Assembly: GCA_964621195.1 (NCBI GenBank)
Contig: CAZULJ010000001.1
Coordinates: 33,200 to 97,199, forward strand
Source: an uncultured Candidatus Saccharibacteria bacterium
Lineage (GTDB): Bacteria > Patescibacteriota > Dojkabacteria > SC72
Length of the DNA stretch: 64,000 bases
Direction: 5' to 3'
Positions 1 to 9,131 of this stretch are shown here, one piece after another (position 1 is the stretch's first letter; each line of letters opens with the position of its first letter). The notes under the pieces are model-generated. The model saw only the letters and a list, made by a program, of their open reading frames with translations, was not told the origin of the DNA and ran no database searches. The position numbers were made by a program, and so were the translations under genes.

Positions 1-62
1 TACCACCAGGTCATAATACCTGCTACTACTAAAAATGCTACAACAGAGAGTACATACTCCAT
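1..62 (-). CDS. 5' fragment of a membrane protein, truncated by the window edge (MEYVLSVVAFLVVAGIMTWW...)
   Basis: ATG at 62 (minus); frame open to position 1; hydrophobic N-terminal helix. Confidence 0.6.
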   Translation of the reverse strand, partial: MEYVLSVVAFLVVAGIMTWW

Positions 63-105
63 TTATATATTGATAAAAGGTTATTAAATATTTTAATTCA
101 ATATA

Positions 106-804
106 CTAAGAATTACTATACCCTTTTCCAAAAGAACTACTCTTTACATTCTCCATCGGAACATCTGGTTGGTTGAGAAGGATATCTTTCATTTCTGATA
201 TAAATTCTAATGTACCAGAGATATTAAATATGGGGTTGTGGTATTGATTAAGGATCTTTGCTAATACATCCCTATCTATTCTTTTACCATGGTACTTTTG
301 TATTGTGAAATTAGGAAGATTCTTTATTGATTCTTTCAGTTCTTCGCCAAAGATATATTCATCATCCCTATTTGCATACAAGAGAGTGCCTTTTAAGTCT
401 TTTTTCAATAGAGAGTAATCCATAATTACAGATCTAACAGGTGTTATACCAATACCTGCAGTAAGGAATACATATGTTTTAGATTCATCGGAGGCATTAA
501 AGAAAGTTGGAGAAACGGAAGGTTTTGTAAATGTAACTTTATCTCCTTCCACTAAGTTAAAAAGTTCTCTTTTAAAACTACTTCCTTTCTCATTGAAGTT
601 TCTTGTTGTAATCATAACTATATTTTCTGATGGTGCTGATGATATTGAGAATACCCTATCTTCCCCTCTCTCATCTTTGTTTTCATGGGGGATATTCAGT
701 AATATGTATTCTCCAGGAATCCAGGTGAAATTCTCTGGCTTGTGAAAAATCAGAGAGTATGCATTCTGTTTCTCTTCTTTTACCGTTTTTAGTGTGAGTT
801 CCAT
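106..804 (-). CDS. FAD/NAD(P)-binding oxidoreductase, ferredoxin-NADP reductase-like family
   Basis: RVFSISS FAD-binding motif, AGIGITP NAD-binding motif, LLYANR. Confidence 0.85.
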   Translation of the reverse strand: MELTLKTVKEEKQNAYSLIFHKPENFTWIPGEYILLNIPHENKDERGEDRVFSISSAPSENIVMITTRNFNEKGSSFKRELFNLVEGDKVTFTKPSVSPTFFNASDESKTYVFLTAGIGITPVRSVIMDYSLLKKDLKGTLLYANRDDEYIFGEELKESIKNLPNFTIQKYHGKRIDRDVLAKILNQYHNPIFNISGTLEFISEMKDILLNQPDVPMENVKSSSFGKGYSNS

Positions 805-872
805 ATCGAAGGGTTAAAATTTTAGATAGTTAGTGTATCTAAATATTACAATTATATGGAATATTTGGTCAA

Positions 873-1256
873 TTAATTTTCTAAAAAGAGTTCTTCCCAG
901 GAAACTAAAACATCAAACTCTTGAGTCCCGAGATCCATTCTACTGCTTGCACTCTTTGGAATAAGGATTGAGCCGTCTATTGCGGCATCATCAATATGTT
1001 CAGGTATTAAGTCGAAACTACACATTACCTCAAGATATCTTCTATCTTCAAAATCATAAAGGATTGGTAGATTTGCATTGATTTGATATGCATAGGGAGG
1101 AATCTTACCCTCTTCTTCTACCTTCTTTGCTATTTCTCCAAGCATTATTCTAAGGTATGCTATTAAGGTTTTCTCAGATAGATCAAAATGAGGAAGAAAC
1201 TCTAGTAATTTCTCGTAACCTATTTTGTATTGTTCAGTTTCCTTTATTTCGGCCAT
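873..1256 (-). CDS. hypothetical protein
   Basis: 127-aa ORF filling the gap, co-oriented with neighbours; no motif recognised. Confidence 0.65.
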   Translation of the reverse strand: MAEIKETEQYKIGYEKLLEFLPHFDLSEKTLIAYLRIMLGEIAKKVEEEGKIPPYAYQINANLPILYDFEDRRYLEVMCSFDLIPEHIDDAAIDGSILIPKSASSRMDLGTQEFDVLVSWEELFLEN

Positions 1257-1289
1257 ATATATTTAACAAGGTTAATATTTTGATTGATA

Positions 1290-2657
1290 TTATACCTTAT
1301 TAAATTTCTTGTAGAAAGGCGATCCTTTAATTATATTCTCCATTTCTTCTTGCTTAAGGTCACTCTCTATCCAAATATGAGGAGAAAGCTCTAATCTCTG
1401 TTTCAGATACTCTTTTACATCCTCTATTGTAATTTTCTTAGCTTCTCTTACTGCAATATTTGAATTGAATATTTCACTTCCTTCTAAAAGAGCAGTAACA
1501 GCGTTTTCTGCTAATTCCTCATTGAATTTTGTAGTCCTTGGGAATATATATGTACTTATTACATCATCAAACCACTCCTTTCCTCTTTTAGATTTAAGGA
1601 AAAGAAAGGAAGTAGTATGAAGGACAGTATACAGCTCCTCTAACATCTTGGGGGTCTTCTCTTTCTCTGCTACAAATCTAAATCCACTCATAGAGTAATC
1701 GAAGGAGAGATTCCCAATTCTAAATACTGAAAAATCATATACTAAGCTCATTTTTTCTCTTAAAATATCATATGAAAGCCAGTCAAGCAGTCTCCCGTAT
1801 ATATACTCTATTGCATATCTTTTGTAATCAATTTTTCTTTCCTCTTTATCAAAGTATATGAAAGAGACACTTAGACCATTAGCCCTTTCTTCGGTAAATG
1901 TTCCAATACTAAGTTTGTTCTCAAGGTTTACTTCTCTTAATCCATCCATATCACCATTCTCAACCTTTTTTGATATCTCTTCTAATCTGTTTACAACAGA
2001 TTTTCTTAATTCACCATTGCTTTGTATTGTGAATGCACAGTTACCTGTCACAAATCTTTTTTTAAAAAACTTCTCTAAATCGTCTATATCAATACTTTTA
2101 ATATCTTCGCTTTCCCCTAGGATATCGTATGTAAACTCATCCTGTATATCTTTGAAGAGAAACTCAAGACTCATTAGGTAGGAATCCTTCTCCTTTTTTG
2201 ATTTCCTGCTTTTCTCTGCAAGAATTATTCCTCTCTCTTTCTCCATTTGATTAGAAAATTTCTTCTTTGGGAATTGTAAAATACTTTCCATACGGTCTAG
2301 TACACGCATATCACCTTGTTCATTTGAGTGTCCAGTAATATATATATTCTTTCTTGTGGTATATGCATTTGTGTATATTGCTGGTCTTTCCTTGTTCCCC
2401 TGCTCGAATCTATCAATATCTTCCTTTGTTTTAAATGTTGAGTTTGGATTAAGAAGCATATGCTCAAGAAAGTGAGCTGTACCCTTTGGAACCTCCTCTT
2501 TTATCTCAAAACTGCTTCCTGCTTTAAATACTAATGCGAAATCAAAGTCTACTGTTGCGGGATTATCTAAATGGAGAAGTTTTATGCCGTTATCTAGTTC
2601 ATATGTCTTGTATGTAATATTGTTGTATTTGTTCGAGAACTGGGCTATTAGTTTCAT
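1290..2657 (-). CDS. M16 (insulinase/pitrilysin) family zinc peptidase
   Basis: GTAHFLEHM inverted zincin HxxEH, NAYT, and downstream E in ERGIILAE. Confidence 0.9.
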   Translation of the reverse strand: MKLIAQFSNKYNNITYKTYELDNGIKLLHLDNPATVDFDFALVFKAGSSFEIKEEVPKGTAHFLEHMLLNPNSTFKTKEDIDRFEQGNKERPAIYTNAYTTRKNIYITGHSNEQGDMRVLDRMESILQFPKKKFSNQMEKERGIILAEKSRKSKKEKDSYLMSLEFLFKDIQDEFTYDILGESEDIKSIDIDDLEKFFKKRFVTGNCAFTIQSNGELRKSVVNRLEEISKKVENGDMDGLREVNLENKLSIGTFTEERANGLSVSFIYFDKEERKIDYKRYAIEYIYGRLLDWLSYDILREKMSLVYDFSVFRIGNLSFDYSMSGFRFVAEKEKTPKMLEELYTVLHTTSFLFLKSKRGKEWFDDVISTYIFPRTTKFNEELAENAVTALLEGSEIFNSNIAVREAKKITIEDVKEYLKQRLELSPHIWIESDLKQEEMENIIKGSPFYKKFNKV

Positions 2658-2698
2658 ATCTATGTGTTTAAGATTAATTTCTAATGCTATTATTACAT

Positions 2699-3409
2699 AT
2701 GTCTGTTGTCAAAGATATTACAAAGGAGTTAAAGAGTTTCTCCAAGAAGGAAAAGATTGATGTTTTTACTAGATTCTTTAAAACAGGTGAAGGTGAGTAT
2801 GGATATGGAGATATGTTTTGGGGAATAACGATTCCAGAAATTAGGGGAGTTGCAAGGAGATATTACAAAAGTGTTACACTGCAAGATATCTCTGAATTAG
2901 TAGAGGGTAAAATCCATGAGGTGAGATTAACTGGATATATTATGCTTACATATATGTATGAGAAGGCCTCTAAAGATCTCAAGGAGAACATTGTGTCTTT
3001 CTATTTATCTCATCTTTCTGGTGTTAACAATTGGGATATTGTGGATCTGTCCTGTTACAAAATATTAGGAGAGTATGTATTAGAGAATCCTTCTAAAAGA
3101 GTACTGCTATATGATCTTTTAGAAAGTAAGGAGCTATGGAAAGAGAGAATAGCTATTGTATCTACTATGGCATTGATTAGAGCGAATGAATTTGATGATA
3201 CATTGAGAATTTCCAAATTACTCTTGGGACACAAACATGATTTAATACATAAGGCTGTTGGGTGGATGTTAAGGGAGGTTGGAAAGAGAGATATGAATCT
3301 CCTGAGAGAGTTTTTACAGAGGAATATACAAGGGATGCCTAGAACTACTCTACGATATGCTATTGAAAAGATGGATGAAAATGAGAGAAAGAGATTCCTG
3401 AGTATGTAG
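2699..3409 (+). CDS. DNA alkylation repair protein, AlkD-like HEAT-repeat glycosylase
   Basis: FFKTGEGEYGYGD, NNWDIVD, HKAVGWMLREVGK, MPRTTLRYAIE; start moved to ATG 2699 behind a TGcTATTAT -10 element. Confidence 0.88.
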   Translation: MSVVKDITKELKSFSKKEKIDVFTRFFKTGEGEYGYGDMFWGITIPEIRGVARRYYKSVTLQDISELVEGKIHEVRLTGYIMLTYMYEKASKDLKENIVSFYLSHLSGVNNWDIVDLSCYKILGEYVLENPSKRVLLYDLLESKELWKERIAIVSTMALIRANEFDDTLRISKLLLGHKHDLIHKAVGWMLREVGKRDMNLLREFLQRNIQGMPRTTLRYAIEKMDENERKRFLSM

Positions 3410-3451
3410 TAATGTGATAGAATTTGTTTGTTAAATTGCCTACTTTCATAT

Positions 3452-5263
3452 ATGTCTAAAAAGAAACCTCTATCTTTTAAAGATTATATAGATATTTCAT
3501 TGTGGTCACTAAAGATTAACTGGCAGATGTCAAAATTTGTTACAGTGGCAACTTTTGTTACTACGATATATAGGAATTTAACTGCTCTTGTTAATACTTA
3601 TTTAATGGCCCGTATTATAGACCAACTTATTGATCTTGTTGGTAGTAGTAATCCTCAGATCTCTAACATCTATCCTCTCCTTGTTATCATGGGTGGAGTG
3701 AAATTGATAGAGATAGCTGTTACAAACCTTGATAGCTATTTGAATAGGTATAGGAGAAGATTCTCTATGTCATATCTAATGCAACTCGAGTACGAGAAGA
3801 TTATGAGCCTTGGAGTGCAGACGAACCAATTACCATCGGTATCTAACAAAAGGCAGGTTACTCATGATTGGATATACAATATCGTAGATGTGAATCAGGG
3901 AATTGTAAGGATTGTAGCTTCATTTGTACAGAGTGTGTCTGCAGCAATAATTGTATTTTCTTTCTCATCTTGGATAGGGATTGCGGTATTGGTGATCTCA
4001 GTAATTGCATATTTGCAAAGTAGATACTTCTTTAGAAAGGATTTTGAGTGGCAAACTTCAGAAAAAAATATTCAGGAGAGAAGAAAGACCTGGTATATCT
4101 CAGATATCCTTTCTAATCCAGACACTATGGATGAAGTTTCATTAGTTGGGGCTTTCAAATATCTCGATATGAAGGTAAAAAGTTTCTACAATTTCTACAA
4201 TGAAGGTTACAAGAAAATTCTAAGATTAGATTCTGCTACTACATTCGGTGTAGACCTGCTGAATCTGTTTGTAATTATTGGTGGAACTATTCATGTATTT
4301 ATTCTAGCTATACAAAAGGTTATATCTGTTGGTGATACTACTTTTTACGTCGGTGCTATTAACAGCTTCTATGGTGGTGTCTCATGGTTTTCTGCTGAAT
4401 TAGTAATGTTTGGAGATATGGTTATGAAAGAAAGAGAGGTATATGAATTCTTTAACTTAAAGCCCTCTGTTGAGGATGGGAGTATAAGGTTGGAGAGATT
4501 GATTAATCCTCCTAGTATTGAATTAAAAGGGGTTACATTCCACTATCCTAATTCTAAAAGAGAGATATTTAAGAACTTCTCAATGAAAATTGCGTCAGGT
4601 GAAAAGATTGCTATTGTTGGTGAGAATGGTGCTGGTAAATCTACTCTTGTTAAGTTACTTTGTAGAATATATGATCCTCAAGAAGGTGTTATTCTCATTA
4701 ATGGTACTAATTTAAAAGATTTATCCCTTAATGATTGGTACAAAAATGTTGGTGTATTGTTCCAAGATTTTAACTTCTATGGAAATCTTACTGTTGAAGA
4801 GAATATATATATTGGTAAGTCTGTAAAGCAATTAGATAAGGAGAGGGTCATAGAATCCGCGAAGAATGCTGATGCACATGAATTTATACAGAAATACAAA
4901 AAGGGTTATCAAACAGTAATGAGTGAGAGATTCAAGGATGGTATTAAACCTAGTAAGGGACAACAACAGAAGATTGCTATTGCGAGATTCTTTTATAGAG
5001 ATGCCCCATTCGCAATATTTGATGAACCCACAAGTGCAATAGATGCGGATGCAGAGTATAGGATATTTAATAGAATATACAATTTCTTTGATAACAAAAC
5101 CGTATTAATTATCTCTCATAGATTCTCTACTGTAAGAAATGCAGATAGAATAATCGTATTAAGAGATGGTAAAGTTATTGAAGAGGGCTCCCACAAAGAG
5201 TTGATGAAACTAAATGGTGTATATACTGACAACTTCAGAAAACAGGCCGAGGGGTATAACTAA
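3452..5263 (+). CDS. ABC exporter, fused permease/ATPase
   Basis: N-terminal TM helices; Walker A GENGAGKS, signature variant PSKGQQQK, Walker B IFDEPT, H-loop ISHR; ATG 3452 preferred to the upstream TTG 3428. Confidence 0.9.
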   Translation: MSKKKPLSFKDYIDISLWSLKINWQMSKFVTVATFVTTIYRNLTALVNTYLMARIIDQLIDLVGSSNPQISNIYPLLVIMGGVKLIEIAVTNLDSYLNRYRRRFSMSYLMQLEYEKIMSLGVQTNQLPSVSNKRQVTHDWIYNIVDVNQGIVRIVASFVQSVSAAIIVFSFSSWIGIAVLVISVIAYLQSRYFFRKDFEWQTSEKNIQERRKTWYISDILSNPDTMDEVSLVGAFKYLDMKVKSFYNFYNEGYKKILRLDSATTFGVDLLNLFVIIGGTIHVFILAIQKVISVGDTTFYVGAINSFYGGVSWFSAELVMFGDMVMKEREVYEFFNLKPSVEDGSIRLERLINPPSIELKGVTFHYPNSKREIFKNFSMKIASGEKIAIVGENGAGKSTLVKLLCRIYDPQEGVILINGTNLKDLSLNDWYKNVGVLFQDFNFYGNLTVEENIYIGKSVKQLDKERVIESAKNADAHEFIQKYKKGYQTVMSERFKDGIKPSKGQQQKIAIARFFYRDAPFAIFDEPTSAIDADAEYRIFNRIYNFFDNKTVLIISHRFSTVRNADRIIVLRDGKVIEEGSHKELMKLNGVYTDNFRKQAEGYN

Positions 5264-5266
5264 TGT

Positions 5267-5299
5267 AAAAAAAGGGGACCTACTGTCCCCTTCTCTTTT
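5267..5299. terminator. bidirectional intrinsic terminator
   Basis: A-tract, AAGGGGAC-ctact-GTCCCCTT, T-rich tail, between convergent genes. Confidence 0.8.
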
Positions 5300-5318
5300 C
5301 ATTCCATTTCAATGAGAT

Positions 5319-5954
5319 TTACCTACCGCTTGCTTGGCCATTGTCGCCAGCATCTTCATTGTTTGGGCTCTCACCTGGAGTATCATTACTGTTACTCTCT
5401 TGATTGTTAACACCGTCTCCTGCGTCATCGTTAACATTCTGTTCTGAGTTACCGTTGTCTGTTGCTGTTTCCATTTCCCTTTGTGAATTCTCAAAATTCT
5501 TCTTTGTTTCCTCTCCCATATTTTGATATTCCTCTTGAACCTTTTCCATATTCTTTACTTGGTTTGCAAGCTGAGTTTCATATCTATTTCTTACTCTTTC
5601 TAATTCTGCTTCTTCATAGTTTCCTTCTGCATTAAGAAATTCTTGAACTCTTTCCTCTGTCCTTTCTCTTTGTTTATCTAAGTCGTCTACTGCTACACCT
5701 AATACCTCTTCCTCTGCTTCCTCAGCTAAAAGCTCTTCTAACTCTGCAGCTCTTTCATCGAGTACATCCTGCTCGAACTCTGCTTGGGCTAATTCACCAA
5801 ATGTGAAAGCTCTTTGGAGAGATTCTGCAACAACATCCACCTTATGCATAAATGGCTCTGCTGGAGTTGATGCATCTGCTGCTGTGGCAAGTAGGTATCC
5901 GCCACCTCCTAAAAGAATAACTAGTACTAGTAAAACACTAAGTACTTTTTTCAT
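5319..5954 (-). CDS. secreted/anchored acidic coiled-coil protein, DUF5667-like
   Basis: signal-like N-terminus; STPAEPFMHKVD...E..Q..FTF resembles DUF5667; N/D/S-rich tail. Confidence 0.6.
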   Translation of the reverse strand: MKKVLSVLLVLVILLGGGGYLLATAADASTPAEPFMHKVDVVAESLQRAFTFGELAQAEFEQDVLDERAAELEELLAEEAEEEVLGVAVDDLDKQRERTEERVQEFLNAEGNYEEAELERVRNRYETQLANQVKNMEKVQEEYQNMGEETKKNFENSQREMETATDNGNSEQNVNDDAGDGVNNQESNSNDTPGESPNNEDAGDNGQASGR

Positions 5955-6088
5955 TTTATATAAAAATGATAATTAAGATACATTTAATTTTATACATCCA
6001 ACGAATGGACATCAATATGTCATATATGTTTGAAATTTCCTAGATATTTGAATATACTTAAATATATTAATTTAAGTCGTTTTTAAAT

Positions 6089-6637
6089 ATGTTGTGGACA
6101 GTATTACTTGGAGTATTAGTAGTAGTTGGAATATTTTTAATAGGTCTTTACAACGGTTTAGTAAAGCTTAAGTTAACAGTAGATGAGGCCTCCTCAGATA
6201 TTGAGACCTTCCTTAAGCAAAGATATGACATGATTCCAAATCTTGTAGAAATTGTTAAAGGGTATGCTAAGCATGAGAAAGAAATTTTTGAAAATGTTGC
6301 AGAGTTAAGAAGTAAGGCTATGGGTGCTGGTAGCTTAGACGAAAAGATGGCTCTTGAGGGAGAACTATCAAAAGGTATAGCAAAGATATTTGCTATTGCG
6401 GAGGCATATCCAGAGTTAAAAGCAAATGAGAACTTTATGCAACTTCAAGCAAACTTAAAGGAGTTAGAGGACAATATTCAGAAATCAAGAAGATTTTACA
6501 ATGGCACAGTTAGAGACTTTAATACAAAGATTGCAATATTTCCTAACAACCTTTTAGCTGGAGTTCTTGGATTCAAGAGTATGCCTTTCTTTGAAGCAAG
6601 TGAAGAGGAGCAAAAGAACGTAGAGATTAAGTTCTAA
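6089..6637 (+). CDS. lemA: LemA family protein
   Basis: YNGLV, QRYDMIPNLV..VKGYAKHE, AEAYPELKANENF, RRFYN..V..FN..I..FP. Confidence 0.95.
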   Translation: MLWTVLLGVLVVVGIFLIGLYNGLVKLKLTVDEASSDIETFLKQRYDMIPNLVEIVKGYAKHEKEIFENVAELRSKAMGAGSLDEKMALEGELSKGIAKIFAIAEAYPELKANENFMQLQANLKELEDNIQKSRRFYNGTVRDFNTKIAIFPNNLLAGVLGFKSMPFFEASEEEQKNVEIKF

Positions 6638-6647
6638 GTATACTTAG

Positions 6648-8387
6648 ATGAAGAAATTATATATTCTTCCTCTTCTACTAATTTCTTTTGGTAGTCTTTT
6701 CTTTGTAAATCCTGTATTTGCACAAAGTGAAGATGAAAAGATCTTAGAATTCAAAAGTAGCATTACAATCAATACTGATGCTACTACCGACATTGTTGAA
6801 GAGATTACATTCCAACCATCGACTATATCTCCAAGGCATGGATTAGAGTGGCAAATTCCATATATATATTCTGTGAACTTCTTTAGAAGAAATACCGAGC
6901 TTACATTCAATGATATTTACTACTATCCTTTAGGTAATCCTGAGTTAAAGACATACAATCTTTTTTCAAGGGCTGATGAGAATGGTTGGGCAGTACTTCG
7001 TATCGGAGATCCTAATGTATATATAGATGGAACTTATGTTTATGTAATTGATTATACCCTCAAATATACGGGTATTTCCTACTTCGAAGAGAATGATGAG
7101 GTATATCTAAACATTATTGGTCCTGGGTGGTCTATCCCTATTGAAAACGCTTCTGCGAATATTACTGCTCCAAGTAAGATTTTAGAGACAGTTTGTTACA
7201 AGGGTGCAGAGGATGCAAATACTCAAGATTGTAATATTGAAGATATCTCTGAGAGTAATTTGTTAATATCCCCAAAGACAAGATTAGAACCGTATGAGGG
7301 ATACTCTTTTGCAATAAAGTTGGAGAAGGGAGTAATTGAAGATACTACTAAAGAACAGATATGGTTAGGTATATTATCAAATATAGGTATTCTACTCCCT
7401 ATTCCTGTTGGAATATATCTATTTGGATTTTTAAGAAAGAAATTTAAGAATGAAAAGATTACAGTAATCCCATACTATGAACCGGAAAAGGATATGGACT
7501 CTCTTCTTTCAGGAGTATTAGCAGAAAACAGGTTTGTTCCTAAGCATATAACAGCATTGATTATTGAGCTTGCTATTGGTGGATATATAAAAATTAGAGA
7601 GTATGAAAAGAAGAAGTATGAGTTTGTTAAGTTAGAAAAAGAGACTTCCTCCTTATCCCCCCACTCTTCAAAATTGTTAGAGAAAATATTTAAAAGTGGT
7701 GATGTAGTAAAGATTAAAAGTCTTACAGATTTCTATACCACATCAAATGTAGTATACACAGAAGCGAGTCAATCATTAAAGGAGAAGGGATTGCTTTCCA
7801 AGAAAAATATAAATTCAAAAACTTTGTTTATCGTTTTAGGTATTATTGCAGTTGCAGGAACAATATTTGGTGGAGCATTTTTTGCAATGATGGCTATGAT
7901 AGGATGGGCTATTGGTATATTTATTTCAGGCCTCCTTCTTTTCATCTTTGCCTTTATGATAGATGTAAGAACTCACGAAGGTAACAAAAAGTATCATTAT
8001 CTCTTAGGACTAAAGATGTATATTAATACTGCAGAAAAGCACCGAATAGAGTTTCATAACGATCCGAAAAGATACAATGAGATATTTGAAAAGCTTCTTC
8101 CATATGCAATGATTTTTGGATTGGAAAAGAAATGGGCAAAGGAGTTTGAAGATATATATACTCAAAATCCTGATTGGTATGAGGGTAATTTCAATACCTT
8201 TAATGCTTGGTACCTTGCTAATTCTTTGTCTAGTTTAAACAATACTGTTGTACATAGTGCAACTCCTCCTTCAAACTACAGTAGTGGTGGTGGATACAGA
8301 TCTGGAGGATGGAGTTCAGGTGGAAGTGGCTTTGGGGGTGGTAGTGTTGGTGGTGGAGGTGGTGGCTCGGGTGGTGGTGGTTGGTAA
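6648..8387 (+). CDS. DUF2207 family membrane protein
   Basis: signal peptide, LNIIGPGWSIPI, FEKLLPYAMIFG, Gly/Ser-rich tail ending GGGGW; usual LemA partner. Confidence 0.88.
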   Translation: MKKLYILPLLLISFGSLFFVNPVFAQSEDEKILEFKSSITINTDATTDIVEEITFQPSTISPRHGLEWQIPYIYSVNFFRRNTELTFNDIYYYPLGNPELKTYNLFSRADENGWAVLRIGDPNVYIDGTYVYVIDYTLKYTGISYFEENDEVYLNIIGPGWSIPIENASANITAPSKILETVCYKGAEDANTQDCNIEDISESNLLISPKTRLEPYEGYSFAIKLEKGVIEDTTKEQIWLGILSNIGILLPIPVGIYLFGFLRKKFKNEKITVIPYYEPEKDMDSLLSGVLAENRFVPKHITALIIELAIGGYIKIREYEKKKYEFVKLEKETSSLSPHSSKLLEKIFKSGDVVKIKSLTDFYTTSNVVYTEASQSLKEKGLLSKKNINSKTLFIVLGIIAVAGTIFGGAFFAMMAMIGWAIGIFISGLLLFIFAFMIDVRTHEGNKKYHYLLGLKMYINTAEKHRIEFHNDPKRYNEIFEKLLPYAMIFGLEKKWAKEFEDIYTQNPDWYEGNFNTFNAWYLANSLSSLNNTVVHSATPPSNYSSGGGYRSGGWSSGGSGFGGGSVGGGGGGSGGGGW

Positions 8388-8408
8388 TATATATTAATAT
8401 ATTGATAT

Positions 8409-9131
8409 ATGGGTATATTTGACTTTTTGTTTGGATCTAGAATTGAAACTACTACATTTTTACAATTACATAAAAAAATTGTAGAGCTTAGATCTTCTAA
8501 CTTGTATCCATATCCATATAATCTTCCTCAGGCTATACAGTTTCCTCCGGATTTCTGGAAGGATTTAATAAATATATACAACAAGACATACAAGGATGGC
8601 TTAGAGAGGGCCTTCTCTGTTTTCTGGGCTGATGGGGAGGTTGTATTAACAGAGGTTAATACTGGTTCTGACAAGATGGTAAAAAGTGGTGGTAGTATTC
8701 AAGTTAAATACTCACATCATCCTACTAAGAGAGAGTATGCAAGGAAGGAGTTATATTTAGATGGTAAATTGCTTAAAAGGAGAGATGTATACCACAAGAA
8801 TGTTCCTAAGGCTTTAGAGGTTCAGTATCTTTTTAATATTCATACTCATCCAAAACATACTAGGGAGGATGGTAGTATATATTACAATTTCTTCTCTGCT
8901 CAAGATATTAAGGCTCTACTTGGTTCAAAAGCTATTATGACAGGATTAGTTACAGACAAGCTTTGGCTTCTAATTAGGACGGACAAGACCCCTTCCTCTG
9001 CAGAGGATCTTACAGATTCACAGGTTACTCCCGATTTTGTAGAAAATACCCTTAATATTGGGCTCTACAAGGCCGACTTTCACAAAAAAGCGTTTAGGTT
9101 TTCTCTATTAAAAGAAAGACAGTCTACTTAA
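8409..9131 (+). CDS. hypothetical protein with JAB/MPN-like metalloprotease motif
   Basis: E (LERAF)...HTHP...FSAQD pattern. Confidence 0.55.
   Translation: MGIFDFLFGSRIETTTFLQLHKKIVELRSSNLYPYPYNLPQAIQFPPDFWKDLINIYNKTYKDGLERAFSVFWADGEVVLTEVNTGSDKMVKSGGSIQVKYSHHPTKREYARKELYLDGKLLKRRDVYHKNVPKALEVQYLFNIHTHPKHTREDGSIYYNFFSAQDIKALLGSKAIMTGLVTDKLWLLIRTDKTPSSAEDLTDSQVTPDFVENTLNIGLYKADFHKKAFRFSLLKERQST

Noticed and set aside
4948-4971. inactive ABC ATPase because the signature reads PSKGQ
   Set aside because: Ser, the second Gly and Gln of LSGGQ, plus Walker A/B and the H-loop, are retained; likely tolerated variation.
8280-8387. GGT-rich low-complexity repeat
   Set aside because: Encodes the normal Gly-rich tail of DUF2207 proteins.
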